In this document: positions 32,462 through 41,160 of the stretch, in pieces
How the letters are laid out: each line of letters opens with the position of its first letter
Numbering within the stretch: position 1 is the stretch's first letter
NCBI GenBank assembly: GCA_035602315.1
Contig: DATNML010000012.1
Location: 1-45,998, forward strand
DNA: 45,998 nt
Reading direction: 5' to 3'
DNA from: Candidatus Dormiibacterota bacterium
GTDB lineage: Bacteria > Chloroflexota > Dormibacteria > Dormibacterales > Dormibacteraceae
The notes under the pieces: model-generated
Told to the model about the DNA's origin: nothing
What the model saw: only the letters and a program-made list of their open reading frames with translations
The model's database searches: none
Position numbers and translations under genes: made by a program

Positions 32462-34492
32462 ATGGGCCGCGCAGCAGTGCCTAGAAGCCTCGTCATCGGA
32501 AATGGCAACGTGCTCGTGGGCTTCGACGCCAACTATTCCGTCCGCGACATCTACTTTCCGCGGGTCGGCGACGCCAACCAGACCATGGGCAACGTGTGCC
32601 GCACCGGCTTTTTCATCGACGGAAAGTTCGCGTGGCTGGACGACCCGAGCTGGCAGCGGCGGCTTGGGTATGCGGAGGACTCGCTCGTCAGCGATGTGAC
32701 CCTCGCCCATCCGAGCCTCGGCATCACCGTCAAGTTCGCCGACTACGTCGACCTGGCGCGCAACTGGTTCATCCGCAACGTCGAGGTGAAATCGACGACC
32801 GGTTTCACCACGGGTCGCGCCTTCTTCCATTACGACTGGTTCATCGAGGGCTCGGATATCGGCAATACCGTCCTCTACGACCCACGGCATCGCGGGGTGA
32901 TCGCCTACAAGTCAAATCGCTATTTCCTCATTGGCGGCGACAGGGGTCCGGAGTTCGGGATCGACACGTGGGCCAACGGAAAGAAGGGCAACGGCCTCGC
33001 AGGCACGTGGGTCGACGCCGAAGATGGTGTCCTGGGCAGAAACCCGATCGAGCAGGGCTCGGTCGACTGCACGGTCGGCTTCGAGCTCGGTCCGGGCAAG
33101 CCCGATGAAGCGCGGACTCTGGTTCACTGGGTCTGCATGGGTACGCGGCTGAGCGAGGTGACCGTGTATGGCCAGGACCTGATCCTGGGTCGCGGACCGG
33201 ACACCTATCACGGGCGCACGGTGACGTACTGGCAGGTGTGGTCAGAGAAGGATCACCGCCACATCGACGAGGAGCTTGGCCCGGACGTGACGCAGCTTTA
33301 CCGCCGCAGCATCCTGACGGCGCGCACCCACGCCGACAACCACGGCGCCATCATCGCGGCCACCGACTTCGACATCACGAAGTTCGCGCGCGACACGTAC
33401 GCGTATGCGTGGCCGCGGGACGGCGCGCTGGTCGCCAATGCGCTCGACCGCGCCGGCCACGAGGACATCACCCGCCAGTTCTACCTGTTCTGCCAGCAGG
33501 CGCTGGTAGAGGAGGGTTTCTTTCTACACAAGTACACGCCCTACGGTCTTCCGGGCAGCTCGTGGCTGCCCTGGGTCGACTCACAAGGCGTCAGGACGCT
33601 GCCCATCCAGGAAGACGAGACAGGCCTGGTCCTGTGGGCGCTGTGGCAGCACTACCGGATCCATGGCAACCTCGACTTCGTAGTTGGTCTCTACACGACC
33701 TTGGTCATTCCAGCTGCCGACTGGATGGTCTCGTACGTCGACCAGAGAAACGGCCTCTTGATGCCGTCCTGGGACCTGTGGGAGGAGCGCTGGGGCGTTC
33801 ACGCGTTCACCGTCGGCGCGGTGTGGGGCGGACTGGACGCCGCGCGGAACTTCGCCGACCTCTTCGGCGACGTGGCCGCCTATGTGCGGTACCGGGACGC
33901 AGCGGACCGGCTTCGGAAGGCCGCCGACACGCATCTTTACAGTCCCGACCTGGGGCGCTTCGCCCGCCGCATCGCCGTGGAGGACGACGGCACGCTGACG
34001 GTGGACATGGTCCTCGACAGCGCGCTCTACGGACTGTGGCGTTTCGGCATGTATGCGCCCGACGACAAGCGCATCATCGAAACCATGTCCGCGATTCGCG
34101 ACCAGCTCTCAAACAAAGCTGAGTGCGGTGGCATCGCCCGCTACCAGGACGACTACTACTTCAGGGTGGAGCCGGATACCAAGGAGGTGCCTGGCAACCC
34201 GTGGTTCATGTGCACGCTGTGGCTGGCGCAGTGGTACATCGCGACCGCCAAGGACACGCATGACCTGGGGGCGGCGCGCGAGATCATCAACTGGGTCGTT
34301 TCGCACCAGATCGCGGGCGGATTGCTCTCCGAGCAGCTCGACCCGCACACCGGCGCGCCGCTGTCGGTGTCGCCGCTCACGTGGTCTCACGCGGAGCTGA
34401 TCTGCACCGTGGACGAGTTCTGCCGCAAGTCAGAGCGCCTGCGCAGATCGGCGGTGTCGACGCTCCCTCCCAAGTCCAGTGTTGGAAGTTAG
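32462..34492 (+). CDS. Glycoside hydrolase family 15 (glucoamylase/trehalase-like)
   Basis: N-terminal LVIGNGNVLVGFD beta-sandwich. Catalytic (alpha/alpha)6 blocks YAYAWPRDGALVANAL, WEERWGVHAFTVGAVWGGL, NPWFMCTLWLAQ, PLTWSHAE. Confidence 0.85.
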   Translation: MGRAAVPRSLVIGNGNVLVGFDANYSVRDIYFPRVGDANQTMGNVCRTGFFIDGKFAWLDDPSWQRRLGYAEDSLVSDVTLAHPSLGITVKFADYVDLARNWFIRNVEVKSTTGFTTGRAFFHYDWFIEGSDIGNTVLYDPRHRGVIAYKSNRYFLIGGDRGPEFGIDTWANGKKGNGLAGTWVDAEDGVLGRNPIEQGSVDCTVGFELGPGKPDEARTLVHWVCMGTRLSEVTVYGQDLILGRGPDTYHGRTVTYWQVWSEKDHRHIDEELGPDVTQLYRRSILTARTHADNHGAIIAATDFDITKFARDTYAYAWPRDGALVANALDRAGHEDITRQFYLFCQQALVEEGFFLHKYTPYGLPGSSWLPWVDSQGVRTLPIQEDETGLVLWALWQHYRIHGNLDFVVGLYTTLVIPAADWMVSYVDQRNGLLMPSWDLWEERWGVHAFTVGAVWGGLDAARNFADLFGDVAAYVRYRDAADRLRKAADTHLYSPDLGRFARRIAVEDDGTLTVDMVLDSALYGLWRFGMYAPDDKRIIETMSAIRDQLSNKAECGGIARYQDDYYFRVEPDTKEVPGNPWFMCTLWLAQWYIATAKDTHDLGAAREIINWVVSHQIAGGLLSEQLDPHTGAPLSVSPLTWSHAELICTVDEFCRKSERLRRSAVSTLPPKSSVGS

Positions 34493-34814
34493 AGGCTTGG
34501 AGCCCACGCGGTATCGGCCGCAGACCTGGGCGACGGTCCTGTCGATTGCGCTCATCGTCGGGCTGATCGCTCCCGTCATGTACCTCGTCACAACGTTCCT
34601 GTTCCATTTCTCAGGTGGGCAGTACCGGATGGGACCGGTCGTGGACTACGGCGCGCTCGCGGTGATCGCCAGCACCCTGTTGCTCACGGCAATAGTCTGG
34701 AAAGTGCGCTCCCCAGCCGCCGCCTTGAAGTGCGCCGCGATCGCCGCGCCGGTCGCGTGGGTCGTGGCGATTCTTGTCGAGTGGGGATTCTCCTTCGCCT
34801 TGGGGGCGGGATAG
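34479..34814 (+). CDS. Hypothetical three-TM membrane protein
   Basis: 111 aa with three hydrophobic helices. Overlaps the GH15 stop by 14 nt. Start ambiguous (GTG 34479, TTG 34482, TTG 34497). Confidence 0.45.
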   Translation: MLEVRGLEPTRYRPQTWATVLSIALIVGLIAPVMYLVTTFLFHFSGGQYRMGPVVDYGALAVIASTLLLTAIVWKVRSPAAALKCAAIAAPVAWVVAILVEWGFSFALGAG

Positions 34815-34821
34815 CAGCCCG

Positions 34822-36459
34822 CTAGAGCGGTATGTTCCCGTGCTTTCGCGGTGGTCGCTCTACGGTCTTACGCAGGCAGAGCTGCAGTCCGCGCACGAGC
34901 TCTCGCCTGGTCTGGCTCGGCTCGATCACGTCGTCGATGTAGCCGCGCTCCGCCGCGACGTAAGGATTCGCAAACCGCGCCGTGTACTCGGCGACGAGCT
35001 CCTTGCGCCGACCGACCGGATCCTTGGCTCCCGCAAGGTCGCGCTTGTAGATGATGTTCACGGCCGCTTCGGGACCCATCACGGCGATCTCCGCCGTCGG
35101 CCACGCCAGGTTCAGATCCGCACCCATCTGCTTGGGCGACATGACGCAGTACGCGCCGCCGTAATCCTTCCGCGTGATCACGGTCAGCTTGGGCACCGTC
35201 GCCTCCGCGTATGCATAGAGGAGCTTGGCGCCGTGGCGGATGATCCCGCCGTGCTCCTGGTCGCGCCCAGGCAGGTACCCCGGGACGTCCACGAACGAGA
35301 TGATCGGAATGCCGAACGCATCGCAGAAGCGAATGAACCGCGCCGCCTTGACCGATGCGTTGATGTCGATCGCGCCCGCCAGCACCTTGGGTTGGTTGCC
35401 GACGATGCCCACGACGTGCCCACCCAGCCGCCCGAGGCCGACGATGATGTTGGGAGCGAAGAACGGCTGCACCTCGAAAAACTCGCGGTTGTCGAGCACG
35501 CGCGAGACGAGCTGACGCATGTCGTAGGGCTTGTTGGGTGACTCGGGAACGATGGTCTGGAGCTCCGGGTCAGCCCGCTCGAGGTCGTCCGTCGTCGGGA
35601 TAAAAGGCGGCCGCTCGCCGTTCGACGAGGGCAGGAACGACAGCAGCTTTCGGACGCCCTCGGCACACGCTTGCTCGGTCTGAGGCAGGAAATGCGCAAC
35701 GCCGGACGTCGCGTTGTGCACTTCGCCGCCGCCAAGCTCATCAAACGAGACTGCCTCGCCGGTGACGACCCGGATCACCTCCGGGCCGGTGATGAACATG
35801 TATCCCTGTCCCGCGACGATGAAGATGAAGTCTGTGATCGCCGGCGAGTAAACCGCACCGCCGGTGCACGGCCCTGCGATCACGCTGATCTGCGGTATCA
35901 CTCCAGACGAGCGCACGTTGCGGAGGAAGATGTCGGCGTAGCCGGCGAGCGCGACGACACCCTCCTGGATACGCGCGCCGCCGGAATCGTTGATGCCGAT
36001 GATCGGGACCCTGTTGCGCAGCGCGAGCTCCTGCACCTTGACGATCTTTTCGGCTGTGACCTCGCCGAGCGAGCCGCCGAAAACCGTGGCGTCATACGCG
36101 TAGACCGCCACCGGGCGCCGGTCGATCTCGCCAAAACCGGCCACCACGCCGTCGCCCGAGATCCGGCGCTCTTCCATGCCGAAGCCGTTCGCTCGATGCG
36201 CCGCGAAGACGTCGAGCTCCACGAATGTTCCATCGTCGAGGAGCAGCTCGATGCGGTCTCGCGCCGTCAACTTACCGGCGGCACGCCGCCTGTTGGCGGC
36301 CTCAGTCTCCGCATGCAGGGCCTGGTAGCGCCGCTTGCGGTACTGGTTGATCTTCTGTTCTGAAACCGTGGTAGTGACTCGGCTCGGCGCCTCGACGCCT
36401 TCGAGTGACGGGGTGGTCCGGCGGACTGGCGTGAGTGATTTAGGTCTTCTAGCGGCCAT
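34822..36459 (-). CDS. Acyl-CoA carboxylase carboxyltransferase beta subunit (propionyl-/methylmalonyl-CoA type)
   Basis: GKLTARDRIELLLDDGTFVELD, GGSLGE, INDSGGARIQEG, GPCTGGAVYSPA, RKDYGGAYCVM. Trimmed to ATG 36459. Confidence 0.9.
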   Translation of the reverse strand: MAARRPKSLTPVRRTTPSLEGVEAPSRVTTTVSEQKINQYRKRRYQALHAETEAANRRRAAGKLTARDRIELLLDDGTFVELDVFAAHRANGFGMEERRISGDGVVAGFGEIDRRPVAVYAYDATVFGGSLGEVTAEKIVKVQELALRNRVPIIGINDSGGARIQEGVVALAGYADIFLRNVRSSGVIPQISVIAGPCTGGAVYSPAITDFIFIVAGQGYMFITGPEVIRVVTGEAVSFDELGGGEVHNATSGVAHFLPQTEQACAEGVRKLLSFLPSSNGERPPFIPTTDDLERADPELQTIVPESPNKPYDMRQLVSRVLDNREFFEVQPFFAPNIIVGLGRLGGHVVGIVGNQPKVLAGAIDINASVKAARFIRFCDAFGIPIISFVDVPGYLPGRDQEHGGIIRHGAKLLYAYAEATVPKLTVITRKDYGGAYCVMSPKQMGADLNLAWPTAEIAVMGPEAAVNIIYKRDLAGAKDPVGRRKELVAEYTARFANPYVAAERGYIDDVIEPSQTRRELVRGLQLCLRKTVERPPRKHGNIPL

Positions 36460-36519
36460 GTCGCATATATCGTAGGCGCGATGCCTGAATACGGCCCTCC
36501 ACTGGACCTCGACCGATCG

Positions 36520-37449
36520 ATGACGTTGCGTCAACTGCGCACGTTCAAAACGGTCGCCGACCTCAAGAGCTTCAGCCTCGCGGCCGTGCAGCTGAGGCTC
36601 AGCCAGCCGTCGGTCTCGTACCAGGTGAAGGAGCTCGAGGCAGCACTAGGCCTTCCGCTGCTGGATCGGCTTGGCAAGCGGGTGCATCTGACCGAGGCGG
36701 GCTCGGTCCTGTACTCGTACGTGCGCAGAACTCTCGACGTCCTCGACGAGGCCGGGCTGGCGCTCGAGGAGATGCGTGGCATCAAGCGAGGAAATTTGCG
36801 CGTGGGCGCGAGCACAACTGTCGGGATCTACCTGCTGCCGGCGGCGCTCGGCGCGTTCAAGAAGCTGCACCCGGGGCTTGTCATCTCCCTGGAGATCGGA
36901 ACGCGTGCGCGCGTCCAGGAACAAGTGCTGAACAACGAGCTCGACCTCGCGGTGGTGGGTCCGGCACTCAAGGATCCCGACCTGGCAATCCTTCCTTTCG
37001 TCAGCGACGAGCTAGTCGTCGTCGCGCCCGCGGGTCATAAGCTTGCCGGGCGGAAAGGGCTCGCGCTCAAGGATCTCGTCGACCAGCCTTTTGTGATGCG
37101 CGAGCCTGCGTCCGGAAGCCGATGGTCGCTCGAGAAGGCGGCGCGTAAGGCGGGTGCGAAGCTGAACGTCGCGATGGAGCTTGGCTCCAACGGGGCGATC
37201 AAGCACGCGGTGGAATCTGGTCTTGGGCTGGCCGTCCTCTCTCGTTACGCATGCGCCCTCGAGCTTTCGAGCCGGCGCCTGGTCGAGCTGGACGTGCGCG
37301 GGTTCCCGATCCGGCGCGACTGGAACATCGTCCACCTGCGCCGGCGCCGCCTGCCGGCCTCCGTGATGGCCTTCATCGAGTTCCTGAAGGACACGACCTG
37401 GCTCTCGCACAATGGCGCGCCGGGCCGCCTGAGACCTCCGACCGATTAG
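36520..37449 (+). CDS. LysR-family transcriptional regulator
   Basis: ORF 36481..37449 trimmed to ATG 36520. HTH MTLRQLRTFKTVADLKSFSLAAVQLRLSQPSVSYQVKELE. Divergent from the carboxyltransferase gene. Confidence 0.9.
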   Translation: MTLRQLRTFKTVADLKSFSLAAVQLRLSQPSVSYQVKELEAALGLPLLDRLGKRVHLTEAGSVLYSYVRRTLDVLDEAGLALEEMRGIKRGNLRVGASTTVGIYLLPAALGAFKKLHPGLVISLEIGTRARVQEQVLNNELDLAVVGPALKDPDLAILPFVSDELVVVAPAGHKLAGRKGLALKDLVDQPFVMREPASGSRWSLEKAARKAGAKLNVAMELGSNGAIKHAVESGLGLAVLSRYACALELSSRRLVELDVRGFPIRRDWNIVHLRRRRLPASVMAFIEFLKDTTWLSHNGAPGRLRPPTD

Positions 37450-37495
37450 GTGACCCGCGCCGACCACCCAGGCCGCATCTCAGGACTCAGGCCGA

Positions 37496-37580
37496 CGATA
37501 CGTGCGTCAGGGGGCCCGGCGCTTCGTCGTCACGCATCGACGGATGCGCTCCTCCTCGCGCCACCCCTTCCTTCGTCTCG
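37496..37580 (+). repeat. Dispersed non-coding element, copy 2 (partner at 4295..4379)
   Basis: See copy 1. Dyad acgcat(37532-37537)-N6-atgcgc(37544-37549) followed by tcctcct(37550-37556). Fills the LysR-GT87 spacer. Confidence 0.8.
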
Positions 37581-37640
37581 TCGGCCGGACCGGCGACCTA
37601 GCGGTCGCCTGTCCCGAGCTGCGACCTGTGCGGTCGTCGC

Positions 37641-38900
37641 GTGTCACTGATCAAGCGCCTCGGTTGTGCGGCCGCCGACGTGCTGTCGCGGCCGGCTCTT
37701 TGGTGGGGCGTCGCGGCCGCCTTCTGGCTTCGAGTCGCCATCCTTGCGCTCCTCACGCCAAGGCGTCCCGACGCCGAGGGGATGTGGGCCGGCGCTCATG
37801 CCTACCTGACCGATCCGGCTCACATGTACGACGTGGCGGCCGGTTATCTCGCGCGCCTGCACATCATCGCTCCACCCGGCGGCCTTGACGCCTTCGTCAG
37901 CCCACCGCCGGTGGCGGTGCTGGCGATCCCGGTGGCGCTTCTCCCGCAGGCCGTCGCCGTGCAAGTCTGGACCTGCATTGACGCGGCCGCGCTGCTGGCT
38001 GCGCTGGCACTGCTCTATCGGGCGATCGCGATCCGCCATCCGCTGTCTCCCCCGATTTTCTGGCTGGTCGCCGCGTACTTTCCGCCGCTCTTCGCCGACG
38101 TCAGCGCGGGGCAGCGCGGCGGCGTTCTCCTGCTGGGTGCGATGGCGTCGATCTCGCTCCAGACGGCGCGCCCCGCCCTCGCCGGCGCTGTAGGCGGCCT
38201 GGTCGCGGCCCTGAAGTACTACCCGGCTGCCATGGTGATCGGCACCCGCCCGGAACACCGTATTCGGTACGCGATTGCGCTGGGAGTGGTGGTGGTGCTG
38301 GTCACGGTCGCGAGCTTCGTGCCGCTCGGACTGAGCGGCGCCGTCTTCTACTTCCAGCACGTCCTGCTGCCGTCACTTGCCTCGCACAACCCCGATTGCG
38401 CTTACGACTCGGTCCGCACCCTCTTCATGCGAACCATCGGAGGCGAGCCATACGCGCAGCCGTCGAGCTCGGGCTACGTGCTCGTGAGCTCGCCGCTGCA
38501 CCTACCGGCTGTCGCGCTCGCGCTTTCGTACCTCAGCGCCCTGGTCTTCGCGGCCGGCGCCACCTGGGCGGCCTGGCGCAGCGGTTGGAACCCGGCCTAC
38601 GGCATGTCCCTCGGGTTTGCGCTCGGCGCGCTCATTCCCAACGAAGTGTGGCCGTACCAGTGGCTTCCGCTCCTGCCGCTGGTCCTGCTGCTCGTCGTCC
38701 GGGCGGTCGAGCGGCGCAGGTTCGGGGTCCTCGCGCTGCTCGGCGTGTGCCTGCTCGCGTTTTACCGGCAGCCTTGCGACATCATCTTCCCCAACCTCTG
38801 GACGCTCGGCGCGATCGGCGTCTTCGTCCTGGGCGTGTGGCAAAATCGCCTTTTCCGTTTGGGCTTGGTATTGGAGGACGGGGATGGCGCTCAACCCTGA
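37641..38900 (+). CDS. Polytopic membrane protein, DUF2029/GT87-like glycosyl(mannosyl)transferase
   Basis: About 10-12 TM helices. SAGQRGGVLLLG and AALKYYPAAMV resemble conserved GT87/DUF2029 loops. The family call rests on pattern recognition only. Confidence 0.5.
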   Translation: MSLIKRLGCAAADVLSRPALWWGVAAAFWLRVAILALLTPRRPDAEGMWAGAHAYLTDPAHMYDVAAGYLARLHIIAPPGGLDAFVSPPPVAVLAIPVALLPQAVAVQVWTCIDAAALLAALALLYRAIAIRHPLSPPIFWLVAAYFPPLFADVSAGQRGGVLLLGAMASISLQTARPALAGAVGGLVAALKYYPAAMVIGTRPEHRIRYAIALGVVVVLVTVASFVPLGLSGAVFYFQHVLLPSLASHNPDCAYDSVRTLFMRTIGGEPYAQPSSSGYVLVSSPLHLPAVALALSYLSALVFAAGATWAAWRSGWNPAYGMSLGFALGALIPNEVWPYQWLPLLPLVLLLVVRAVERRRFGVLALLGVCLLAFYRQPCDIIFPNLWTLGAIGVFVLGVWQNRLFRLGLVLEDGDGAQP

Positions 38901-39594
38901 GGTCAGCTTCACATGGGTCGGCCATGGCACCTGGAAAGTCCGCAGCGCCAAAGGCAAAGTCATTTACATCGATCCCTGGGTCATGAACAACCCGGTGGCG
39001 CCTGACGCCTTGAAACGGGTGGATGACTGCGACCTCATGCTGATTACGCACGGCCATTTCGACCACGTGCACGACGCTCTCGAGATCGCAAAAGCGACCA
39101 AGCCCAAGATCGTGACCAACTTCGAGATCAGCGCGTGGCTTGGTTCGAAGGGAGTCGATGGCAACAGCATCATGGGCATCAACACGGGCGGGACAGTCGA
39201 CGTGGACGGCATCAAGGTCACGCTTGTGCATGCCGAGCACAGCTGTGGCATCTCGGACGGCGACAAGATCATCTACGGCGGAGATGCGAGCGGCCTGGTC
39301 ATCGAGTTCGAAAACGGTTTCACGATCTACTTCGCCGGAGATACGGACGTCTTCGGCGACATGGCGCTAATCGCCGAGCTGAGCAAGCTCGACGCCGCTT
39401 TCCTTCCGATCGGCGACTTCTACACCATGGGCCCTCACCGCGCCGCGAAGGCGGTCTCGCTCCTCAGGGTGAAGACGGTCGTGCCGATGCATTTCGGCAC
39501 GTTTCCCCCGCTGGTCGGCCGCCCGAATCAGCTCCAGGAGCTGGTCGGCCCCGGCGTCAAGGTGCTCGATATCAAACCCGGAGACACCGTCTGA
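38884..39594 (+). CDS. UPF0173-type metallo-beta-lactamase-fold hydrolase
   Basis: ORF 38617..39594 trimmed to ATG 38884. FTWVGHGTWKV, IYIDPW, LMLITHGHFDHVHDA, HAEHS. 17-nt overlap with the upstream gene. Confidence 0.85.
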   Translation: MALNPEVSFTWVGHGTWKVRSAKGKVIYIDPWVMNNPVAPDALKRVDDCDLMLITHGHFDHVHDALEIAKATKPKIVTNFEISAWLGSKGVDGNSIMGINTGGTVDVDGIKVTLVHAEHSCGISDGDKIIYGGDASGLVIEFENGFTIYFAGDTDVFGDMALIAELSKLDAAFLPIGDFYTMGPHRAAKAVSLLRVKTVVPMHFGTFPPLVGRPNQLQELVGPGVKVLDIKPGDTV

Positions 39595-39672
39595 GCGTTA
39601 AGCACCTGTGACAGCACCCCGACCCCGACGGTCCTTGCATCTTCACGGCCTGGGCGGCCGGGCGCGAGCCCA

Positions 39673-39699
39673 CCCCGCGAAATCAGCGATTTCGCGGGG
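39673..39699. other. Perfect 12-bp inverted repeat with a 3-nt loop (ccccgcgaaatc-agc-gatttcgcgggg)
   Basis: Read directly. Lies 79 nt after the MBL stop, with no U tract. Candidate factor-independent terminator, protein-binding site or REP-like hairpin. Confidence 0.5.
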
Positions 39700-39753
39700 G
39701 CCCCGGACTGGCGCTGAAGCCTGCGTCGACTCCTGCGCGCGTTCGGTCAGCAG

Positions 39754-39774
39754 CCCCGCATCCACGGTGCGGGG
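39754..39774. other. Second CCCCGC...GCGGGG hairpin (ccccgca-tccacgg-tgcgggg)
   Basis: 7-bp stem and 7-nt loop, read directly. Shares its stem ends with the hairpin at 39673..39699. Confidence 0.4.
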
Positions 39775-39870
39775 ACCCGGCAGGTATGCGCGCCCTCACG
39801 TGCTCGTCGTCTCCTTGGCTCCGGCCGCCGATGCCGCGAATATGCGGCGGACCGCAGGGTCGGGGCGCTG

Positions 39871-41160
39871 ATGAGAGACATCATCGGCGCGCCGGCCGGC
39901 TGGCTGGCGCGCGCGATCCGGACCAAGAAGGTCTCGTCGCTCGAGGTGGTGCGAGCACATCTCGAGCACATCCACACCGTGAATCCGCGGCTCAACGCAG
40001 TTGTCTTCGCGACTGCCGAAAGCGCGCTCAAACAGGCGCGCAACGCAGATCGCCGCAACACGAGCAAGAACGTCCTCGGCCCGCTGCACGGTGTGCCTTT
40101 CACAGCCAAGGACATCTTCGACACTGCGGGGCTTCCAACCACCGCGGGCCTTCGCATGCTCAGGACCAACATTCCGGACCACGACGCCACCGTGATCGCG
40201 CGCATGCGCGAGGCGGGCGCGATCCTGATCGGGAAGACGAACTGCCCGCCGGGAGGCATTGGCGGCGACAGTTGGAACCCGCTGCACGGCGGGACTCGCA
40301 ACCCGTACGACGTTGCTCGAACTCCCGGGGCGAGCAGCAGCGGCGAGGCAGCGATCATCGCCGCCGGAGGATCTCCGCTGGGCATCGGGAGTGACTCGGG
40401 CGGCAGCATCCGCCTGCCCGCGCACTACTGCGGCATCGCCGCGCTCAAGCCGACCGCGGGTCTGATTCCGAGCACCGGCGCCTACGCGCTCCCCGGCGGG
40501 CTTACCGATCCGCGCAGCCAGGTTGGGCCCATGGCTCGCTTCGTGTCGGACCTCATCCTCACTTTGCCCCTACTGATAGGCCCGGACGGGGTCGACTCGG
40601 GCGTGGTGCCCGTGCCCCTGGCCAAGCGGACGCCGAAGCTGAAGGGTCTCAAGGTCGCGTGGTACGCGGACGACGGCCTGGCCAAGCCGACTCACGCGAT
40701 CGCGACCGTCGTTCGTTCAGCGGTGCACGTCCTCACCAAAGCCGGGTGCGAGGTGACGGAGGCGCGGCCGCCAGCTCTCCACGAAGCCCACCAGGTTACG
40801 CTCGGGTACTGGGGAGACAAGCGGATGAGCCATGACCGCCTATACAAGCGGTGGGACGCGTTCCGCACCGCCATGCTCGGCTTCATGTCCGGGTTCGATC
40901 TCATCCTGACCCCTGTCGCGCCGGACATCGCCCCGCTCTACCGGTCCAAGTACGTGCCGACCCACCTGTTCAGCTACACGATCCCGTACAGCCTGAGCGG
41001 CAACCCGTGCGTGGTCGTCCGGGCAGGCACCTCTCCAGAGGGAATGCCCATCGGCGTGCAGGTCGTGGCGCGCAACTGGCACGACGATGTCGCGCTGCGC
41101 GCGGCCCAAACCATTGAGCGGGCGCTGGGAGGTTGGCGGCCTGCTAGCGTGGTCGGGTGA
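39871..41160 (+). CDS. Amidase-signature (AS) family amidase
   Basis: GKTNCPP...RNPYDVARTPGASSSGEAAIIAAGGSPLGIGSDSGGSIRLPA: the Gly/Ser-rich AS signature with the Ser-cisSer-Lys context. Confidence 0.88.
   Translation: MRDIIGAPAGWLARAIRTKKVSSLEVVRAHLEHIHTVNPRLNAVVFATAESALKQARNADRRNTSKNVLGPLHGVPFTAKDIFDTAGLPTTAGLRMLRTNIPDHDATVIARMREAGAILIGKTNCPPGGIGGDSWNPLHGGTRNPYDVARTPGASSSGEAAIIAAGGSPLGIGSDSGGSIRLPAHYCGIAALKPTAGLIPSTGAYALPGGLTDPRSQVGPMARFVSDLILTLPLLIGPDGVDSGVVPVPLAKRTPKLKGLKVAWYADDGLAKPTHAIATVVRSAVHVLTKAGCEVTEARPPALHEAHQVTLGYWGDKRMSHDRLYKRWDAFRTAMLGFMSGFDLILTPVAPDIAPLYRSKYVPTHLFSYTIPYSLSGNPCVVVRAGTSPEGMPIGVQVVARNWHDDVALRAAQTIERALGGWRPASVVG

Noticed and set aside
32333-32890. Upstream half of minus-strand ORF 31847..32890 as part of the YgjP/DUF45 gene.
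   Set aside because: The DUF45 homology begins at VRIVASRRRR (GTG 32332). The upstream part has no similarity to anything I recognise and overlaps the well-supported GH15 gene.
36460-36519. LysR-type T-N11-A box in the divergent LysR/carboxyltransferase spacer (atcgtaggcgcgat).
   Set aside because: The dyad is ATC-N8-GAT (T-N10-A), one base short of the canonical spacing and only 3 bp per arm. That is too weak to call a binding site from sequence alone.
39640-39760. Resemblance to ZTP (gactggcg ... gcctgggc) or guanidine-III (ccggac ... cggtcag) riboswitch strings in the amidase leader.
   Set aside because: For ZTP the two conserved segments occur in the wrong order on this strand, and the pseudoknot partners are missing. 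For guanidine-III the spacing is far from the compact ~41-nt consensus. These are short GC-rich matches that are likely chance.
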